Shown here: positions 48,516 through 54,048 of the stretch, piece by piece
How positions within the stretch are numbered: the first letter of the stretch is position 1
Layout: every line of letters begins with the position of its first letter
NCBI GenBank assembly: GCA_036734125.1
Contig: DAIMZE010000001.1
Location: 1 to 54,048 of the forward strand
DNA: 54,048 bases
DNA from: Candidatus Planktophila sp.
Lineage (GTDB): Bacteria; Actinomycetota; Actinomycetes; Nanopelagicales; Nanopelagicaceae
Direction: 5' to 3'
Notes under the pieces: generated by a model
The model's database searches: none
What the model saw: only the letters and a program-made list of their open reading frames with translations
What the model was told of the DNA's origin: nothing
Program-made: the position numbers and the translations under genes

Positions 48516-49153
48516 TCAAGTCCTCTGGCTTCATGCACCGCCTGATAGCAGTACCAAGCAAAGACACTTCTATACGGACGCAATTTCTCACCCTTAACAT
48601 CCAAAGCTTTTGCAGTGGTCTCTTCCTTTGTTTTGTGGATGAGGTCCCAGCCACGTCGCACCGCTAAATCACCAGTTGGCCAGACATCAAGTCGACCAAG
48701 TTGAAACATCATGAACATCTCAACTGTCCAGCGTCCAACACCCCAAATTGAGGTTAAAGCATCAAATATTTCTTGATCATCATGAATCTGATCTATTTCA
48801 TTAATGGGGATTGATTTATCAAGTGCGGCACTAGCAATTCCTTTTATGGTTCGAGATTTGGCTCCCGAGACTCCAATTTCTCGCAATTGCTCATCACTAA
48901 GTTTTATCACTTTGCGTGGAGTTACAGCACCCTTGCACAGCTTTACTAACCGCTCATGAATTGTGGCAGCGGCTTTGGTGGCAAGTTGTTGAGAAATAAC
49001 AGAGCTAACCAGTGATTCAAAATGTGTCTCTGAAGGCTCACTTCGACCGAGGGTGCACAACGGCCGTCGCTGAATCAGGGGAGCAAACTTGGGATCAATC
49101 TGTGAAACCTCAGCAACTATTCGACGCATTTTCTGCGCAGAGTGGACCGCCAT
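48509..49153 (-). CDS. alkA: DNA-3-methyladenine glycosylase II (HhH-GPD)
   Basis: ISQQL...AA, GVGRWT, DVWPTGDL, RPYRS. Confidence 0.88.
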   Translation of the reverse strand: MAVHSAQKMRRIVAEVSQIDPKFAPLIQRRPLCTLGRSEPSETHFESLVSSVISQQLATKAAATIHERLVKLCKGAVTPRKVIKLSDEQLREIGVSGAKSRTIKGIASAALDKSIPINEIDQIHDDQEIFDALTSIWGVGRWTVEMFMMFQLGRLDVWPTGDLAVRRGWDLIHKTKEETTAKALDVKGEKLRPYRSVFAWYCYQAVHEARGLDY

Positions 49154-49156
49154 GAT

Positions 49157-49753
49157 TTACAAAGAAAAAGTTGGGTACTCGTCTGTGACAAGCAAAAAGG
49201 CGTAGCCAACTACACGGTTCCAGTAAGCAATAGTCCCTACAACACCTTCGGCACAAACTTCAGGATAGTTACCTGTAAACAAAATACTGAACCAACCCAA
49301 AAGGGTTAACAAAGCTGCATAAATAAAGTAAACAATTCCGACAAGGTACAAAGGCAAGGCAAGTAGCCACTTAATCATAGGTAGCCAACGGTTAAGCTGC
49401 TTTGCATCAACTTCTGGGAAAGTCACGCTCACAACATCGTTTTCTTCAATTGATGGATATTCATCTGTCAGTAAAACTAAGTAAGCATCTACACGTGTTT
49501 GCAAAGAAAGCAACGCTTCGTTAAACACTAAGACATAACTTGGGTAGACCTGTCGAAAAACAATTGCCAAACCAGCAGGCAAAGCGAGCAAACCAGCAAA
49601 GATTCCAACAGCCTCATCCGAAAATGCAGCTGAAGGTGAAAATGAAGAGACAAAGATAAGTACTGGAACGGCAAGGATGATCCGGAATAAAGCGGTGACG
49701 CGATTACGTTCGGTCAGGGATACATCGATTTGTGTTTCAATTTGATTGCTCAT
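49157..49753 (-). CDS. DUF4389 membrane protein
   Basis: Duplicated RV..Y..LLTDEYP repeat, SILFTG.YP; start reset to ATG 49753 with TAGATT -10 element 7 nt upstream. Confidence 0.85.
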   Translation of the reverse strand: MSNQIETQIDVSLTERNRVTALFRIILAVPVLIFVSSFSPSAAFSDEAVGIFAGLLALPAGLAIVFRQVYPSYVLVFNEALLSLQTRVDAYLVLLTDEYPSIEENDVVSVTFPEVDAKQLNRWLPMIKWLLALPLYLVGIVYFIYAALLTLLGWFSILFTGNYPEVCAEGVVGTIAYWNRVVGYAFLLVTDEYPTFSL

Positions 49754-49809
49754 GAGCCTCAATCTACCGCTGATTATCCGCAGGTATTGCCAATTACAGC
49801 CTCCTTGCC

Positions 49810-49860
49810 GTATTTTTGCAGGTCTTGCAGAATTTTTTGCAGAATCTGTTGCAGAAATAC
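49810..49860. repeat. Four TTGCAG direct repeats forming an imperfect 51-bp palindrome
   Basis: TTGCAG at 49816, 49825, 49837, 49849; outer arms GTATTTTTGCA / TGCAGAAATAC are 10/11 inverted. Confidence 0.75.
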
Positions 49861-49879
49861 ATGTTGTGGAGGTGAAGAG

Positions 49880-50899
49880 ATGGCTGGAATCAAAGAGGTT
49901 GCAGAAGAAGCTGGCGTTTCTACCGCCACTGTTTCTCGTGCACTTAGAGGGCTGCATCACGTCAATCAACAAACGCGTGAAAAGATCATTGCTGCTGCAG
50001 AAAAATTGAATTACCCCCTCAACACAGATCGCCAAGGCGCAACTAGCGGACGAACAAATTCTGTAGGTGTTGTAGCCCCATATATTTCTCGTTGGTACTT
50101 TTCACAAGTTATTAGTGGTGCAGAACAAGCACTTCGTGAAGCGGGGATGGATTTACTTCTATATAACTTTAGCCAAATGAAGGGCCGCGAAAGACTTTTT
50201 CAACATCAGCTCCTTAAAGGTCGTGTTGACGCTTTGATCGTTATTTCACTTCCACCAACAGAAGAAGAGTTCGATTCAATGCTCTCACTTGGTATTCCGA
50301 TTGCTCTTGTTGGCATGGATCATGAAAAGTGTGCATCAATCAAGATCGATGATGTTGCAGGAGCTAGAACTGCTACGCAGCACTTGGTAAACCAGGGTCA
50401 CAAGAAAATTGGCTTAATGTCCGGTCGGCCAGATGATCCATTCAATTTTTCGGTTCCGCAAGATCGACGTAAAGGATTTATGCAAGTTCTTGCAGAAAAT
50501 GACTTGGAGTGGTTGCCATCCCGTGAAATCCATGGTGATTTCACTATGCACACCGCGTCTCGCGCAATGGACGATTTGCTTGCTCGACCTAATCGCCCCA
50601 CAGCGATCTTTTGCGAATCAGATGAAATGGCAATTGGTGCAATGCAAGCTCTACGTCGACACGGTCTAAAGGCACCTGATGACATTTCGATTATTGGTTT
50701 TGATGGTCATGAAATGGCAGAGTTTTCAGAGTTAACGACAATTGAACAGCCAGTCACTTTGATGGGTGAAATGGCAGCGTGGTCGATCATGGAGAGATTA
50801 CGCAAACCTGTAATTGATCCGCCGTCACTTGTTTTGCCAACCACGCTTGTGGTTCGTAATTCAACTAGACGACTTACCCCCGAAGAACAAGTTCTCTGA
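49880..50899 (+). CDS. LacI family transcriptional regulator
   Basis: IKEVAEEAGVSTATVSRAL HTH, PTAIFC.SDEMA, DISIIGFD, LTTIEQP; GGAGG RBS. Confidence 0.93.
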   Translation: MAGIKEVAEEAGVSTATVSRALRGLHHVNQQTREKIIAAAEKLNYPLNTDRQGATSGRTNSVGVVAPYISRWYFSQVISGAEQALREAGMDLLLYNFSQMKGRERLFQHQLLKGRVDALIVISLPPTEEEFDSMLSLGIPIALVGMDHEKCASIKIDDVAGARTATQHLVNQGHKKIGLMSGRPDDPFNFSVPQDRRKGFMQVLAENDLEWLPSREIHGDFTMHTASRAMDDLLARPNRPTAIFCESDEMAIGAMQALRRHGLKAPDDISIIGFDGHEMAEFSELTTIEQPVTLMGEMAAWSIMERLRKPVIDPPSLVLPTTLVVRNSTRRLTPEEQVL

Positions 50900-50914
50900 G
50901 GTAGCCTTACCAGC

Positions 50915-52078
50915 ATGAGCGATCATTCAGTCTCGGCACCTAACTTGGCAGAGCTGCAGAGCCACCGCAGTGAAAAGTGGCGAGGTTTTGCCGCTGATGT
51001 ACTTCCATTGCCCGTTGCCGAAATGGATTTTCCAGTTGCACAACCAATTCGTGACCTGTTAACAGAAATGATTTCCAAATCAGATCTTGGTTATTTGGGA
51101 TCAATCCCTGAACTTGGTCAAGGCTTCGCACAATTTGCAGGACGACGTTGGAATTGGGAAGTTGATCCGCTACAAGTGCGAGCTGCAACCGATGTAGGAG
51201 TTGCCGTAGTTGAAGTTTTGCGAGTCTTTACTAATCCTGGAGATTCAATTCTTGTAAATTCTCCGGTGTATCAAAATTTTTACAACTGGATTAATGAAAC
51301 AAAATTAAATCTGGTCGATGTTCCTTTTGAACGAACCGGAGATGAATCGGCTAATCCTTGGCAAATCAATTGGGATGGTATTGAAAAAGCTTATGCAGCA
51401 GGTTTGAAAGTTCACCTTTTGTGTAGTCCGCACAATCCCTTGGGACGTGTCTACACCAAAGAAGAATTACTTCGTATTGTTGCTTTAGCAAAGCGCTATG
51501 ACGTTCTTGTCATCAGCGATGAAATCCATGCTCCGCTGACATTTAAGGGCAACACTTTTGTTCCGATGTTGAGTCTAGGAGCAGATGCCGAATCAGTTTC
51601 GGTGACGGTGACCGCTGCCTCGAAGGGCTGGAACATTGCAGGGTTAAAGTGCGCAATTATTGTGTCCCAAAATGAAGTGATTAATGCTCGCTTGGCCACA
51701 ATGCCAATGGCAGTTCACTTTAGAGCTTCATTGCTGGGTGGGTTTGCAACTGCAATTGCTTTTGCCGAAGGCGAAATTTGGCTCGATTCAGTAATAGAGA
51801 ATCTTGACCACAATCGTCATATGTTGAAGGATTTATTGAATTCGCAACTACCGTCGGTGAGATATCACATTCCTGATAACAGCTATCTTGGATGGCTAGA
51901 TCTAGAAGCACTCAACTTGGGAGAAGATCCTTCCGTAACACTTCTTGAAAAAGGTCGCGTTGCCTTTAACGCTGGACATATTTATGGAAAACAATGTTCA
52001 CAATATGTACGCTTCAATTTTGCTACAAGCCCAACAATCATTACTGAAGCTGTACATCGCATCGCACGAGCAATTTAA
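50915..52078 (+). CDS. MalY/PatB family PLP-dependent C-S lyase (cystathionine beta-lyase-like)
   Basis: SEKW, PVAEMDF, CSPHNP.G, SDEIH, SKGWNIAG. Confidence 0.88.
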   Translation: MSDHSVSAPNLAELQSHRSEKWRGFAADVLPLPVAEMDFPVAQPIRDLLTEMISKSDLGYLGSIPELGQGFAQFAGRRWNWEVDPLQVRAATDVGVAVVEVLRVFTNPGDSILVNSPVYQNFYNWINETKLNLVDVPFERTGDESANPWQINWDGIEKAYAAGLKVHLLCSPHNPLGRVYTKEELLRIVALAKRYDVLVISDEIHAPLTFKGNTFVPMLSLGADAESVSVTVTAASKGWNIAGLKCAIIVSQNEVINARLATMPMAVHFRASLLGGFATAIAFAEGEIWLDSVIENLDHNRHMLKDLLNSQLPSVRYHIPDNSYLGWLDLEALNLGEDPSVTLLEKGRVAFNAGHIYGKQCSQYVRFNFATSPTIITEAVHRIARAI

Positions 52079-53587
52079 ATGTCGAGCACGAAATATGATG
52101 TTGTCATCATCGGTGGGGGACATAACGGTTTAGTTGCCGCGACTTATCTAGCGCGAGCTGGCAAATCAGTCAGAATTCTCGAGGCTAACCCAGAAATAGG
52201 TGGTGCTTCACAAAGTGTCCGGACTTTCCCAGAATACGATGCAAACCTTTCTAGGTACTCGTATTTGATCGCACTTTTGCCCGACAAGATCGTCAGTGAT
52301 TTGGGATTGTCATTCGAATGCATTTCTCGTGAGGTTTCAAGCTACACCCCTTACGGAGAAAACAAAGGTTTGTATGTTTCAAGAATCTGGGATGCGCTCA
52401 CTGAAAGCTCCTTTAACGAACTAGATCCTTCAGGTAAAGAAGCAAAGGCGTGGCAAGCTTTTTATGCAGAGATTGCAGAGTTTGCTGAAAAGATTGCACC
52501 AACAATGCTCCAGCCTCTGAAAACTCGAAGCGAACTGAAGCAGCAGATTGATTTAGATGCAACGTGGCAATATTTGATCGAAGAGCCCATTGGCAAAGTA
52601 ATCACCGAAAGATTTCACAATGATGTAGTTCGTGGTGTTGTTCTAACAGATGCGCTGATTGGAACCTTTGCATCAGCCTTTGATATTCAAGCAAATATCT
52701 GCTTTTTGTATCACTTGATTGGAAATGGAACAGGTGAATGGAAAGTTCCTAAGGGCGGAATGGGTGCCTTAGTGAATGAACTTGTCCGCGTAGCAACCGA
52801 AAGTGGCGTAGAAATTTCGCTGAATTCAAAGGCGATAAAAGTTGAATCAACTTCTGCTGGCGTAACTGTCGAACTTGAAAATGGTGAAACCGTAACAGGT
52901 GAGTATCTGCTTTCAAATGCAGCACCTGGGGTATTGGCAAAACTACGGCAAAGACCTGCCCCAAAGAGTCTTGATGGTTCACAGATGAAGATAAACATTT
53001 TGTTAAAGCGACTTCCACAACTGAAATCAGGTATTGATCCTCGACTCGCATTTGCTGGAACTTTTCATGCAAATGAAAGCTTTACTCAATGTGAATCAGT
53101 TTTTACAGAAGCTCACAATGGTGTGATGCCACAAAAAATGCCTATCGAGATGTACTGCCACACCTTGACAGATCCATCTATCTTGGGACAAGAGTTACAA
53201 GATGCTGGCTATCAAACTCTGACTTTGTTCGGACTACATACCCCAGCATCTTTATTTGACGGTGATAACGATGCTGCCCGTGAAGCAGCGCTTCAATCAG
53301 CGTTGGCTTCGCTCAATGAATACTTGGCCGAACCTATAGAAGATGTGATCGCAGCTATAGAAGTTAAAACTCCGTTAGATATTGAAGAAGCTATCGCGCT
53401 TCCACGAGGCAATATTTTTCATAAGGATTTGTCTATGCCATTTCGCGAGGATGGAACGGAAGAGTCGTGGGGTGTTGAAACTGATGACCCGCGCATCTTC
53501 ATATGTGGAGCCGGAGCGGTTCGAGGCGGGGGAGTAAGCGGCATTCCTGGCCATAATGCGGCCATGGCAATCCTTTCGAACAATTAG
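52079..53587 (+). CDS. Phytoene dehydrogenase-like FAD oxidoreductase (PYROXD2-like)
   Basis: GGGHNGLVAATYLARAG, GGMG, GNIFH, GGGVSGIPGHNAA. Confidence 0.85.
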   Translation: MSSTKYDVVIIGGGHNGLVAATYLARAGKSVRILEANPEIGGASQSVRTFPEYDANLSRYSYLIALLPDKIVSDLGLSFECISREVSSYTPYGENKGLYVSRIWDALTESSFNELDPSGKEAKAWQAFYAEIAEFAEKIAPTMLQPLKTRSELKQQIDLDATWQYLIEEPIGKVITERFHNDVVRGVVLTDALIGTFASAFDIQANICFLYHLIGNGTGEWKVPKGGMGALVNELVRVATESGVEISLNSKAIKVESTSAGVTVELENGETVTGEYLLSNAAPGVLAKLRQRPAPKSLDGSQMKINILLKRLPQLKSGIDPRLAFAGTFHANESFTQCESVFTEAHNGVMPQKMPIEMYCHTLTDPSILGQELQDAGYQTLTLFGLHTPASLFDGDNDAAREAALQSALASLNEYLAEPIEDVIAAIEVKTPLDIEEAIALPRGNIFHKDLSMPFREDGTEESWGVETDDPRIFICGAGAVRGGGVSGIPGHNAAMAILSNN

Positions 53588-53596
53588 ACTTGGATC

Positions 53597-54048
53597 ATGA
53601 GTATTCACCCCGAGACATCAGCGATTACAGCAGGACGTCCTGAAGTTGCACCTGATGCTTCTTTGAATCCTCCAATTGTTTTTTCTTCGACGTATCACGC
53701 CGGTGGGCCAGTTGGTTATGGCCGTTACGGAAATGAAAGTTGGAGTGCGCTCGAAGCTGCAATATCTGAATTAGAAGGCGGACAGACTCTTTCATTTTCA
53801 TCTGGCATGGCAGCGATTAGTGCCGTCTTTTCTATTCTGCCGATAGGTGCACCTGTTGTTGCATCTAATCAGGGTTACAGCGGAACAATGAGTTTGCTCA
53901 ATCAACATCATGCATCTGGTCGACTTGAAGTTCGCTTTGTTGACATTACTAACACAGAAGAAGTTGTTACTGCAATAAAAGGTGCAGCTTTGTTGTGGTT
54001 AGAGTCTCCAACTAACCCATGTCTTGATGTTGCAGATCTTCCAGCGCT
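53597..54048 (+). CDS. metB: Cystathionine gamma-synthase/lyase family, truncated by the window end
   Basis: Hand translation MSIHPETSAITAGR...YGRYGN...LEGG...FSSGMAA...WLESPTNP. Confidence 0.82.
   Translation, partial: MSIHPETSAITAGRPEVAPDASLNPPIVFSSTYHAGGPVGYGRYGNESWSALEAAISELEGGQTLSFSSGMAAISAVFSILPIGAPVVASNQGYSGTMSLLNQHHASGRLEVRFVDITNTEEVVTAIKGAALLWLESPTNPCLDVADLPA

Noticed and set aside
49810..49860. CRISPR-like or iteron array
   Set aside because: Repeats are only 6-8 nt with 3-6 nt spacers; no cas or rep gene is present
49157..50035. Long head-to-head overlap of DUF4389 and lacI in the ORF track
   Set aside because: Artefact of longest-ORF starts; probable real starts are 49753 (-) and 49880 (+)
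52079..53587. crtI / carotenoid or retinal pathway gene
   Set aside because: No crtB, crtE, crtY or blh neighbours; motifs fit the generic phytoene-dehydrogenase-like family

Overview
A gene-dense, roughly 45% GC (estimated by eye) core-genome segment of a streamlined actinobacterium. Gene order and compactness suggest the freshwater acI lineage (Ca. Planktophila/Nanopelagicales), which is an inference. It holds about 60 CDS and one tRNA-Arg(CCG). Main blocks: nucleoside salvage (pmm-punA-maf); a cell-wall glycopolymer locus (ugd, LCP, GT2, wzm/wzt, SpoIID/LytB); dapD...DUF3117-pepA-OMT-htrA-tatB-mrp; mshB/cysS/fdxA/dapC; manC-whiB-GT2-DUF5719-DUF3499-pmm-ahcY-mtrAB-comF-secA; SAF/CpaE-like ATPase-DUF6912-pdtaS-whiB1; and msrAB, alkA, lacI-malY-oxidoreductase-metB. 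I saw no mobile element, prophage, CRISPR or defence system. The most notable oddities are: an intact but apparently catalytically dead PurK lacking its lid domain and purE partner; a stand-alone sigma region-4 microprotein; a short-type AhcY with a possibly switchable 5' leader; a TTGCAG repeat/palindrome array upstream of lacI; a gene that seems to start at ATT; and pervasive leaderless, sometimes bidirectional, promoters. All family assignments are by motif recognition, without database searches.
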